From positions 83,051 through 115,050 of the IMG/VR virus record IMGVR_UViG_3300047462_000400: a DNA stretch of 32,000 bases, one strand, 5' to 3'. This document shows, piece after piece, positions 16,591 through 23,638 of this stretch. The notes beneath the pieces are model-generated. The model was not told where the DNA came from and made no database searches. It was given only the letters and a program-made list of their open reading frames with translations. Made by a program: the position numbers and the translations under genes. Source of the DNA: a virus. Positions within the stretch are counted from its first letter, which is position 1. Every line of letters starts with the position of its first letter.

Positions 16591-17238
16591 TTACAGGGCT
16601 CCGTCTTCTGCGAACGAGTAGTAGCTCGGTCTCTCTACGTCCCCTCCGCAGATGATGTGGTCCATGAGGTCGATGTTCACGATGTCGAACGCCTTCACGA
16701 ACGCCTTCGTCGTGTCCTTGTCTGCCTGGCTGGGCTTCGCTTCGACGCCTGACGGGTGGACGTGGAAGAGGATGACGGCGTGCGCACCGTCGATCAGCGC
16801 AGCCTGGAGCGTCGGGACCATCGGTGCTGCCACGCTCGACGCTTCTCCACGACCGGTCTCCCACGACCCCACGTGAAGCAGATGCAGGTTGAGCGTCACG
16901 AGGCCGAAGACCTCGTTCACCTCACCGCCGATGAGCTCCTGGATGTACCGGAACGCCTTCTTGGGGTCGTTCAGCGGACCGATACTCTCCGCGAGCGCGT
17001 TGCACGCCGCGAACCGTTCCATGTCCTTCTGGGCCGTGAGGAACGGTCGACACCTTGGCTCTCCGGGCGGATTGAGCGGCATGGCCCCTGGTACCGAGTG
17101 CGGGCGGACCTGCTCGGCCACCTCTCGTGCACGGATTCCCGCGCCGACCGGCTCGTGGCACCCGCACCCCCCGTTGCCTCGCCGCCGCACGATTGCGTCC
17201 GGGTCGTAGACGACCCGAGCTGTCCGTTGCTGAATCAT
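16591..17238 (-). CDS. radC: RadC-like JAB/MPN domain protein
   Basis: Internal ATG at 17238 overlaps the upstream TGA (ATGA). VILFHVHPSGVEAKPSQADKDTTKAFVKAFDIVNIDLMDHIICGG matches the RadC signature H-x-HPSG...PS..D...T...DHII. The upstream 115 codons of the listed ORF are Arg/His shadow sequence. Confidence 0.7.
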   Translation of the reverse strand: MIQQRTARVVYDPDAIVRRRGNGGCGCHEPVGAGIRAREVAEQVRPHSVPGAMPLNPPGEPRCRPFLTAQKDMERFAACNALAESIGPLNDPKKAFRYIQELIGGEVNEVFGLVTLNLHLLHVGSWETGRGEASSVAAPMVPTLQAALIDGAHAVILFHVHPSGVEAKPSQADKDTTKAFVKAFDIVNIDLMDHIICGGDVERPSYYSFAEDGAL

Positions 17239-17606
17239 GCAGCGGCCTCCATCTTCTCGGTCTTCTCGGCCGGCTTGCCGTCGAGGTCGAGGCGGGTCGA
17301 GAGCGGGTTGCCGTCGAGCAGCGTGAAGTCGTCGAGGGTGACGTCGTGCACGCGGTGGATCACCTCGCTGACGAGAAAGGTGACGCGGTGGATGGCGCCG
17401 CCGCGGAAGAACTCGTCGTACACGGCCTTGCAGACGACGATGTCGCCGACGTTGTAGCCCGCATCGGTCGCTTCCTTGCTGACCGACTCGATGAGGTAGC
17501 AGCGCGTGTTGCCCTTCGCGCCGGCGTTCGGCGTGATGATGGTGCCGAGCATCTTGCTGACGATGGCGTGTCCAACGATCCAACTGTTGACCGGTTCGAG
17601 TCTCAC
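17235..17606 (-). CDS. hypothetical protein, possible GroES/Hsp10-like fold
   Basis: GTG start at 17606 overlaps the upstream TGA (GTGA). By eye the spacing resembles GroES (RLEPVNSWIVG ... GTIITPNAGAKG ... YNVGDIVVCKAVY ...). This is a weak call. Confidence 0.35.
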   Translation of the reverse strand: MRLEPVNSWIVGHAIVSKMLGTIITPNAGAKGNTRCYLIESVSKEATDAGYNVGDIVVCKAVYDEFFRGGAIHRVTFLVSEVIHRVHDVTLDDFTLLDGNPLSTRLDLDGKPAEKTEKMEAAA

Positions 17607-18070
17607 GGGGTGGTCTCCTTGAGTTCTGGGGTGTCCGCCGGGGGCGGTGTTGTTGTCTTTCCGCGAAGCGTTTCGAGCTCGGCCTGCGCTACGACCAGCT
17701 CGGCCATGATCTCGCTGAAGTGCTCGCGGCTGGGCGCAAAGTAAGACGCATCCGCTGGCCGTCGAGCGTCGATGGTAGCGAATTGACGCGCAGAGTTGAG
17801 CACGACGAGCGCTGACAGGCGGAGCTCCCGGTCCGGACAGTCACGGAGGCAGACCTCCGTCTCGCTCGCTTCGCCCGGACAGCCGGCGGTGTGTTTGCAG
17901 CCGGCGACCATCTCCGCCGCCGCGCGCCCTGCGATCTCCCAGGCGACTTTGCTGCGCCAGAGCGCGAGTTTCATCCCTTCCCAGTGCCGGAGCGGGACCT
18001 CGACTCGCTGGTCGCCAGGGTTGTCGAGCCCCATCATTGCTCGGGGATTGGCGCGAGGATTCGGGTTCAT
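17603..18070 (-). CDS. hypothetical protein (155 aa)
   Basis: Internal ATG at 18070 (MNPNPRANPR...) overlaps the TAA of the RHH gene (TAATG). The N-terminal part of the listed ORF overlaps that gene. Confidence 0.6.
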   Translation of the reverse strand: MNPNPRANPRAMMGLDNPGDQRVEVPLRHWEGMKLALWRSKVAWEIAGRAAAEMVAGCKHTAGCPGEASETEVCLRDCPDRELRLSALVVLNSARQFATIDARRPADASYFAPSREHFSEIMAELVVAQAELETLRGKTTTPPPADTPELKETTP

Positions 18071-18276
18071 TAGGTGGAGGCTCCGTTCGGTTCCCGGATG
18101 TACGTGTATCCCCTGTTGGACTGCCGGGTGGCTGCCTGAACGGCGATGTTCCGCAGCCACGCCCGCGTGGTCATCCCGCACTTCTCTGCGCGCTTCTCGA
18201 TGAGGCGCACCTGCTCGGCAGTGAATCGGACGGATAGCATGCGATCCTTGTGCTGCCGCTCTTCTCGATCCTTCAC
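18070..18276 (-). CDS. ribbon-helix-helix (CopG/MobC-like) DNA-binding protein
   Basis: LSVRFTAEQVRLIEKRAEKCGMTTRAWLRNIAVQAA is a typical RHH strand-helix-helix. The longest ORF starts at GTG 18276. An alternative ATG at 18240 has AAGGA 4 nt upstream and places Met directly before the beta strand. It is the first gene of the long minus-strand block. Confidence 0.7.
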   Translation of the reverse strand: MKDREERQHKDRMLSVRFTAEQVRLIEKRAEKCGMTTRAWLRNIAVQAATRQSNRGYTYIREPNGAST

Positions 18277-18307
18277 GCTGCCCTCCGCGACCTACGAACC
18301 TCCGCAG

Positions 18308-18328
18308 GGACTCCGCATGGACTCCGCG
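18308..18328. promoter_or_regulatory. tandem 11-mers GGACTCCGCA-TGGACTCCGCG, candidate operator in a divergent control region
   Basis: Same repeat as 11486-11507. It lies between the RHH gene start (18276, -) and the first + strand gene (18391). Additional CCTCCGC half-sites are present at about 18283-18306. Confidence 0.55.
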
Positions 18329-18332
18329 GGGG

Positions 18333-18362
18333 ATACTGCGCCCTGGCTTATAGACGTGTCAA
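18333..18362 (-). promoter_or_regulatory. sigma70-like promoter candidate for the RHH-led minus-strand block
   Basis: Minus strand reads TTGACA (18362-18357), an 18-nt spacer, then CAGTAT (18338-18333). The predicted start would fall inside the 11-mer repeats. Confidence 0.3.
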
Positions 18363-18390
18363 GACGGCCCGCGGTAAACTCCGATGTGCG

Positions 18391-18828
18391 ATGCCCCAGT
18401 ACGGTGCTGATCCGAAGCTTGCGGAACAGTGCCCGCAGGTCCCCACCCCCAGCGGTTGGCGGCCTTGGACTGACGCGGATGGGCCGGTGCCGGACGCCCT
18501 CTCCAAACGCGCGCAGGCGATAGCATCCGACCAGACCATCCCGCTCGGGACGACCGAGAGCTATCCGCTGCCCGGCGTCACGACGCTCATCCGTATCGAA
18601 CCGCGCGTGTGGGGAAAGGACGCGCAGGGGAACCTCGTCCAAGGATGCTTTCGGGTCGGCGGCATCTACCTCCCCGTCTCCGCCTCCGCGCTCGCGAACG
18701 GCGGGGTCACGCCCCCGTCGGCGAGCACCTGGGATTGGGGTAAAACAGTAACGGTCCTCACCGCCGCGAGCTTGGCGGTCGGAACGGTTGCGACGGTGAT
18801 GACCTTGCGCGCGGAGAAGAAGTTGTGA
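18391..18828 (+). CDS. hypothetical protein with C-terminal TM anchor
   Basis: The ATG at 18391 was chosen because the longer ORF (18250) overlaps the RHH gene. C-terminus is TVTVLTAASLAVGTVATVMTLRAEKKL. Confidence 0.6.
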   Translation: MPQYGADPKLAEQCPQVPTPSGWRPWTDADGPVPDALSKRAQAIASDQTIPLGTTESYPLPGVTTLIRIEPRVWGKDAQGNLVQGCFRVGGIYLPVSASALANGGVTPPSASTWDWGKTVTVLTAASLAVGTVATVMTLRAEKKL

Positions 18829-19649
18829 CGATGGCCGACTGGTGTGACCGCGCACGCGCACGCCTCCTCGAGATGGAGACGCTCATCAAGGAGGGGCGGG
18901 GCAGCACGCTCGTGGCCGGCGGCGGTTGCACGGACCCCGGCGGTGGCATCGTGCCGACGACGCGCACCGCCCACGAGATGGCAGCAATGCTGCGCGATCA
19001 GCTCAGCAATCACGGCTCGTGCGTCGAACCGCAATCGCCGCCACCGTTCGGACAACCGCTCGACCACATCGGCGGCTCGTACGACTGGTGGTGGTGGAAC
19101 TTCGGCCGGACGGCGGGGATGCCGTACAACCCCACCGGCCGTCCCAACGTCGAACTTGCGAGAGACGAGGTTCGCCGTCGCCTGAACCGTCCATCGTGGG
19201 GACGGGGAGTAGGGCTCACGCTGCTTCACCATCCCAACGGAGCGCCGTACGACGCAGTGCTCGTGCAGGTGCAGCGTCCGGAGCATGTCGCGCTCGCGCG
19301 CCAGCTTGTGGGCGCGCAGACCGATCAGCTCTACGGCATTCCCATCGTGTACGAGGCCGTCGGAGACATCGTCGCCGCTCCCGCAGGTCCCACCGCGGTA
19401 CCCGGTGAACCGGGTCGCTACGTCTGGCAGGACGGGCGCACGGAACCATCCCCGCGCGAGCTCGCCGCCGTGCTGCGCAACGGTTCGCCGATCGGCTTCG
19501 GGCAAGGAGAGACAGTCGTCGCGCCGGTCGCCGCCGCCTCAGCATCCCCCTGGCCGTTCGTGCTTGCGACGAGCATGGTGGGCGCGGCAACGAGCTGGGT
19601 CATCGAGGAGATCGCGCAAAGCTTTCGCGGCAAACGGAGAAGTCGATGA
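18825..19649 (+). CDS. hypothetical protein with C-terminal TM anchor and basic tail
   Basis: GTG start overlaps the upstream TGA (GTGA). C-terminus is PWPFVLATSMVGAATSWVIEEIAQSFRGKRRSR. Confidence 0.65.
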   Translation: MTMADWCDRARARLLEMETLIKEGRGSTLVAGGGCTDPGGGIVPTTRTAHEMAAMLRDQLSNHGSCVEPQSPPPFGQPLDHIGGSYDWWWWNFGRTAGMPYNPTGRPNVELARDEVRRRLNRPSWGRGVGLTLLHHPNGAPYDAVLVQVQRPEHVALARQLVGAQTDQLYGIPIVYEAVGDIVAAPAGPTAVPGEPGRYVWQDGRTEPSPRELAAVLRNGSPIGFGQGETVVAPVAAASASPWPFVLATSMVGAATSWVIEEIAQSFRGKRRSR

Positions 19650-19786
19650 GCTGCTCGGTCCTCTACCGGTCCCCATGGACGAGGCCCCCCGAGCCCCCGC
19701 GCGCGCCGCCGCCAGCATGGCCGATGGTTGCCCTCATGCTCGGCATCCTCATCGCGCTCATCGCGGTGATCGTGGAGAGCCAATGA
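19646..19786 (+). CDS. small membrane protein (46 aa), not in ORF track
   Basis: My translation is MSCSVLYRSPWTRPPEPPRAPPPAWPMVALMLGILIALIAVIVESQ. There are ATGA overlaps at both ends (19646-19649 and 19783-19786). Confidence 0.5.
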   Translation: MSCSVLYRSPWTRPPEPPRAPPPAWPMVALMLGILIALIAVIVESQ

Positions 19787-20409
19787 TTCGGTTCGGCGGC
19801 AGGCCAGTGCCGGGATTCGCGCTCGGCGACACGGACCCGTACATCGAGAGCGAGAATAACCTCCAGACGCAGATGCAGCCGGCGATCGAGCTCGGCGACC
19901 AGTACATCTCTGGCGCGCGGCAAGTTCCCGGTGGGTTCCCGTGGATCATTCAAAAGGCCCCGTGGGCGGCAGCACTCGATGCTTACGAGAAGGCGGCCAA
20001 CATCGGCATGGCCACCGTCGCTACCGGTATCGACGCCGCAGGGCACACGGACGTCACGAAGCCCTTCACCGACAAGGCGGCGGACGCAGGCAAGCAAGTC
20101 GTCGCGCTCGCCAACCAGTGGGTGGTTAGCAGCGCGGACGCCACGCACGCGAGCATGCTCGTGAAGAGCATGGTGAATAGCTACACGAAGGCCATCGCGG
20201 CAGGTCGTGCAGCGATTGGAATAGTGGCACCCCCGCAGCAATCGCAGCAGGGTTCGCAGGGTTCGCAACCGCTGCCGATGCCCAGCACCGGCGGCGCGCC
20301 GGGCTGGTACGTCCTCATTCCGGTCACCATCGTCGCCGCTGCTGGTGGGGTGTATCTTGCGACCAGGAAGGCAAAGGCACCGGATGGAGACCATCTATCG
20401 CGGCGGTAG
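19783..20409 (+). CDS. hypothetical protein, N-terminal GGRPVPGF motif, C-terminal TM anchor
   Basis: Internal ATG at 19783 is coupled by ATGA to the small ORF upstream. Sequence is MIRFGGRPVPGFALGD... ending ...GWYVLIPVTIVAAAGGVYLATRKAKAPDGDHLSRR. Confidence 0.65.
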   Translation: MIRFGGRPVPGFALGDTDPYIESENNLQTQMQPAIELGDQYISGARQVPGGFPWIIQKAPWAAALDAYEKAANIGMATVATGIDAAGHTDVTKPFTDKAADAGKQVVALANQWVVSSADATHASMLVKSMVNSYTKAIAAGRAAIGIVAPPQQSQQGSQGSQPLPMPSTGGAPGWYVLIPVTIVAAAGGVYLATRKAKAPDGDHLSRR

Positions 20410-20896
20410 GCCGGTTGCCGGCTTCAACGTGGGGGTCGGCGGCCTCATCGTCTTCGCCGAGGACATTGAGGCCGAGCAGGCGCGCATGCTGGCCACCGCG
20501 CAGAACATCGACACCGCCGTGGATGCGTGCGCCGCGCTCGACCAGACGACGCGCACGCAGTGGAAGACGTTCTTCGCAGACCTCGCGCGGTTCGCACACC
20601 AGAAGGTCTGCAACGTTCCGTTCCCCGGTCGCGGATGCGACCTCTACGCAACCGCGAACCTGGGGGACACGACCGTCGCGTACGAAGGGCAGCTCCAGGC
20701 GTGGGGGAAGAAGCTCTCCACCTGCGCGAACATGCCACCCGAGTTCGAGGTCACGAAGTCGCGGCCGATCAGCCTCGACTCGCTGGTCGGTCCGTCAGGG
20801 ACGGACGTCCTCAAGTACGTCGTCATCGGTGTCGCCATCGTCGGCGGCGTGTACGTGACGAGCCAGGTCATCGCCGTCATCCGGAAGAAGCCATGA
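20384..20896 (+). CDS. hypothetical protein, N-terminal GGRPVAGF motif, C-terminal TM anchor
   Basis: Internal ATG at 20384: METIYRGGRPVAGFNVGVGG... C-terminus is LKYVVIGVAIVGGVYVTSQVIAVIRKKP. Confidence 0.65.
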   Translation: METIYRGGRPVAGFNVGVGGLIVFAEDIEAEQARMLATAQNIDTAVDACAALDQTTRTQWKTFFADLARFAHQKVCNVPFPGRGCDLYATANLGDTTVAYEGQLQAWGKKLSTCANMPPEFEVTKSRPISLDSLVGPSGTDVLKYVVIGVAIVGGVYVTSQVIAVIRKKP

Positions 20897-21429
20897 GTCG
20901 TAACCTCCGTATCGCGCACCTGCCGTCGATGCACCCGCGCTTGCGGTTCTCCGGGTACCTCACCGACCCGAAGGTCACCGACCAGCGCCTGATGGAAGCG
21001 CTCGGCCCGTTCTTCGTGAACCTGAAGCTCTGGCGCACCAGCAACGCGCTGCCGAACGACTGGCCGACCCAGGACGACAGCATGATTCAGAGCCCCCCGA
21101 CCGGGGTCACGCCGATCTGGGGCGAGGGAGACGACACCTCCGCGGCCGTCTACATCGGCGACCCGGAGACGCCGTGGCGGCTCCTCGTCGGCAGCGGACA
21201 GCTCGTCATCGAAAACGTCTGGCTGTTCGACGCGCAGGCGGACCCGTGGCCTGCTGCGCTGGCTCCGTGCCCGACCGTCGTCTGCCCACCCATCACGAAC
21301 TGCCCGCCGTCCTTCATGGACGAGACGGTGCGCCCACCGAGCCAGTGTAATGCCGTACCCATCGGCGTGCTCGGTGCGGCGCTCGGCGTGACTGCCACGG
21401 CGGCCGGACTCTGGTGGTGGAAGTCGTGA
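20893..21429 (+). CDS. hypothetical Cys/Pro-containing protein with C-terminal TM anchor
   Basis: ATG at 20893 overlaps the upstream TGA (ATGA). C-terminus is VPIGVLGAALGVTATAAGLWWWKS. Confidence 0.65.
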   Translation: MSRNLRIAHLPSMHPRLRFSGYLTDPKVTDQRLMEALGPFFVNLKLWRTSNALPNDWPTQDDSMIQSPPTGVTPIWGEGDDTSAAVYIGDPETPWRLLVGSGQLVIENVWLFDAQADPWPAALAPCPTVVCPPITNCPPSFMDETVRPPSQCNAVPIGVLGAALGVTATAAGLWWWKS

Positions 21430-21647
21430 AGACCTGGCGGATCGTCCAGCACATCTACGAAGAGAACGACCCGGAGCCGGTGCTCACGCACGTCTTCTAC
21501 GGCGACACACCTGCGGCGTCGCAGCACATCTTTGACGCACACATGCAGACCGACTCGTTCATGCGCGAGTGCGTCGAGCGCCATCGTTTCCGCAACTTTT
21601 CCTGCCGCGCGGTCGCGCAGCTCGAGAACCGCAACGAGCGCGTCTGA
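21426..21647 (+). CDS. small hypothetical soluble protein
   Basis: GTG at 21426 overlaps the upstream TGA (GTGA); alternative GTG at 21414. G/C-rich third positions throughout. Confidence 0.55.
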   Translation: MKTWRIVQHIYEENDPEPVLTHVFYGDTPAASQHIFDAHMQTDSFMRECVERHRFRNFSCRAVAQLENRNERV

Positions 21648-21677
21648 CTGCTCAGCCGGCGGTGCTACTTTAGAGAG

Positions 21678-21941
21678 GTGGACCCCTCTATCGCGGCGCA
21701 GGTCGCCTCACACGGCCTGCTCGGTGTCCTGCTCGTCGCGGTGACTTGGGCGTACTGGACCAAGGACAAGGAGCTCAAAGCAGAGCGAGACTTACGCATC
21801 GCGGACGCGAAGGCGTACACCGACCTGGCGCTCAAGCTCCAGGCGCAGGTGATCGACTCCGTCAACAAGCTGGCGGAGACCTTCGACGAGATGAAGAAGA
21901 TGATGGCCCCGCGGACGGGACCGGAGAGGACTTCCCGATGA
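21678..21941 (+). CDS. small protein with N-terminal TM segment and coiled-coil-like tail (holin- or spanin-like architecture only)
   Basis: GTG start. HGLLGVLLVAVTWAYW is followed by KDKELKAERDLRIADAKAYTDLALKLQAQVIDSVNKLAETFDEMKKMM. Confidence 0.55.
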   Translation: MDPSIAAQVASHGLLGVLLVAVTWAYWTKDKELKAERDLRIADAKAYTDLALKLQAQVIDSVNKLAETFDEMKKMMAPRTGPERTSR

Positions 21942-22135
21942 GCGAATCATCCATCAGGGCACCCCGCAGCGTGAGTGGTCAGCACCCGGCCGTGCAGGCG
22001 TACCGGAAGAGGCTCGACAGCGTCGAAACCGGCGCATCGGCGGCGACCACCGAGCTCGATCGCAAGCTGTCGGAGTACCTGCACGACATCAAGACGCCCG
22101 TCCCGCCCCCGCCCGAGCGACCCGGCGCGCCCTAG
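21938..22135 (+). CDS. small hypothetical protein (65 aa)
   Basis: ATG at 21938 overlaps the upstream TGA (ATGA). Its TAG stop shares the tetranucleotide CTAG (22132-22135) with the stop of the convergent gene. Confidence 0.5.
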   Translation: MSESSIRAPRSVSGQHPAVQAYRKRLDSVETGASAATTELDRKLSEYLHDIKTPVPPPPERPGAP

Positions 22136-22305
22136 TGCGGCGTGATCTCGGGCAGCGCGACCACCTCGAGCCGGCCGCCGGGAAACAGGACCAAGAAGGC
22201 TAATCCGCCCTGCACGACCCCCTTCGTCAGTCTCGGGATCCCGTCCTCATCCTCGTCGCAGGGGATCGGGCAGAAGAGCTCGACCTCGTCCCCGACCGCC
22301 GTCAC
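22132..22305 (-). CDS. small hypothetical protein (57 aa)
   Basis: GTG at 22305 overlaps the upstream TGA (GTGA), the same pattern as the rest of the window. Sequence is TAVGDEVELFCPIPCDEDEDGIPRLTKGVVQGGLAFLVLFPGGRLEVVALPEITPH. Confidence 0.4.
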   Translation of the reverse strand: MTAVGDEVELFCPIPCDEDEDGIPRLTKGVVQGGLAFLVLFPGGRLEVVALPEITPH

Positions 22306-22559
22306 CGCGTGAGCTGCGGAGGCTGCGGTGCGGGCGGGGGCGCAGGCTCGCCGGCGGCTGCACCGGCGACGAACGCACCGAGCACTGCACCGGCGGCGGC
22401 GCCGACAACCATGGCGTCCTCCACCTCGGGACCGTGCGGCTGCTCCGCGTAGCTGTAGCGCGGCCTGGTCTTCGCTGCGTACTTGCCGGCTTGCGCGCCG
22501 AGTAGCGCACCACCGATTGCGCCGAGGGCGCTCCACAATCCGGTCTTTGCGTTGCTCAT
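22302..22559 (-). CDS. glycine-zipper membrane protein (85 aa)
   Basis: Internal ATG at 22559. MSNAKTGLWSALGAIGGALLGAQAG and VVGAAAGAVLGAFVAGAAAG contain GxxxG-type zippers. Confidence 0.55.
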   Translation of the reverse strand: MSNAKTGLWSALGAIGGALLGAQAGKYAAKTRPRYSYAEQPHGPEVEDAMVVGAAAGAVLGAFVAGAAAGEPAPPPAPQPPQLTR

Positions 22560-22566
22560 GGCTGCA

Positions 22567-22875
22567 TCATCCCCAGATCGCGCCGGCCACGCCACCGACG
22601 ACCGCACCGAGGATTGCTCCCCTGCCGGCCCATCCACCCTGAACGGCACCCGTCTCCATGTACGAGAGGCCCGCTCCGGCTCCGGCGCCGAGGAGGCCCA
22701 GCGTCGCCGCACCGAGCACGACGTTCTCTGCGCGGTTCACGGTGCTGGCGGCGGCGGACTGCCCGACCCCCCAGAGACCCGTGACGTCACACATCGGATC
22801 GCCCGCCGCGCAGCGTTGACCCACGCCGAAGCCTTGCACGGCCCGACCGCCCAGCATGATCGATTCGTTCATCAT
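22567..22875 (-). CDS. glycine-zipper membrane protein with N-terminal ESIMLGGRAVQGF motif
   Basis: ATG at 22875 overlaps the upstream TGA (ATGA). C-terminus is GAILGAVVGGVAGAIWG. Confidence 0.55.
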   Translation of the reverse strand: MMNESIMLGGRAVQGFGVGQRCAAGDPMCDVTGLWGVGQSAAASTVNRAENVVLGAATLGLLGAGAGAGLSYMETGAVQGGWAGRGAILGAVVGGVAGAIWG

Positions 22876-23075
22876 GGCCTCATGATCCTCCGGCGGACGG
22901 CGTCGACCGCCCACCCCACCGTGCCACCCACGATTGCACCCGGCGGTCCCGCGATGGCCGCTCCGAGTCCAGCTCCGACGCTCGCGAGCACCACCGTCTC
23001 CTTGCCAACCGGCAGGATGTTCGGCGGGGTGACCACCTCGCTCTCAGCGAGCTCGCGGATGCGGTCCTGCGCCAT
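22872..23075 (-). CDS. glycine-zipper membrane protein (67 aa)
   Basis: ORF track entry. Contains ASVGAGLGAAIAGPPGAIVGGTVGWAV. Confidence 0.55.
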   Translation of the reverse strand: MAQDRIRELAESEVVTPPNILPVGKETVVLASVGAGLGAAIAGPPGAIVGGTVGWAVDAVRRRIMRP

Positions 23076-23078
23076 GCT

Positions 23079-23510
23079 TCAGTTTACCGCGAAGATGGCG
23101 GATTGGTCGGTGATCTCCTCGCCGCCCACCGCGACCTCGTAAGGGGTCATGTAGATCACGACCATGACCGGAATCTCCTGCCGGCGCGCGATGACCAGCC
23201 AGAAGGCGTCGGACTCGAAGGGGAGCGACACGACGCCGTGCGCCGACTTGTCGATGAGCGCGTGCGCGAAGAACGGGATCGGGTTGCCCGCGTTGTCCTC
23301 CTTCATCTGCCGCACGAACTCGTTGCGCGTCTTCACGTTGACGCCGCTCGGGTCCGACTCCGACACGACGAGCACGAGGTCGCCGGTGTGGAGGTGATGG
23401 CGACCTTCCTTGTACGCACCGTAGAGCTCCGTCGGCGTGAAGAGGCGACCGACCAGCCGCTTGCATTCGTCGGTGGTCCCCTGCGCGAACTCGAGCCCCT
23501 TCTTCAGCAT
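23079..23510 (-). CDS. hypothetical protein (143 aa)
   Basis: ORF track entry, ATG at 23510. Globular composition; no family recognised. Confidence 0.6.
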   Translation of the reverse strand: MLKKGLEFAQGTTDECKRLVGRLFTPTELYGAYKEGRHHLHTGDLVLVVSESDPSGVNVKTRNEFVRQMKEDNAGNPIPFFAHALIDKSAHGVVSLPFESDAFWLVIARRQEIPVMVVIYMTPYEVAVGGEEITDQSAIFAVN

Positions 23511-23529
23511 GCAATCAATGGTAACACCG

Positions 23530-23559
23530 TTGACAGTGTTAGGGCAGCGTGCTTACGCT
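23530..23559 (+). promoter_or_regulatory. sigma70-like promoter candidate for the PTH2/tRNA-like unit
   Basis: TTGACA at 23530-23535, then TACGCT after an 18-nt spacer (or TTACGC after 17). The inverted repeat AACAC/GTGTT flanks the -35. Confidence 0.3.
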
Positions 23560-23638
23560 GAGCCTCGCATGAAGCCACTGCCACTCTGAGTCGCCGCTCA
23601 TCCACTACGTCATCCTCCGAGCTGACCTCCCCAAGGGG

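Noticed and set aside
16591-17583. Long N-terminal extensions of ORF-track models (also 1115..3328, 11514..12515, 25746..26924, 26867..27646, 19285..20409, 20527..21429)
   Set aside because: The extensions are Arg/His/Pro-rich and overlap the upstream gene. The recognisable domain starts at an internal ATG that forms an ATGA or TAATG overlap with the upstream stop.
23584-23590. RF2-style programmed +1 frameshift at CUC UGA G upstream of the PTH2-like frame
   Set aside because: It is kept only as one option. There is no Shine-Dalgarno-like stimulator upstream, and tRNA-Leu re-pairing from CUC to UCU is poor. A sequencing indel or an unusual start is at least as likely.
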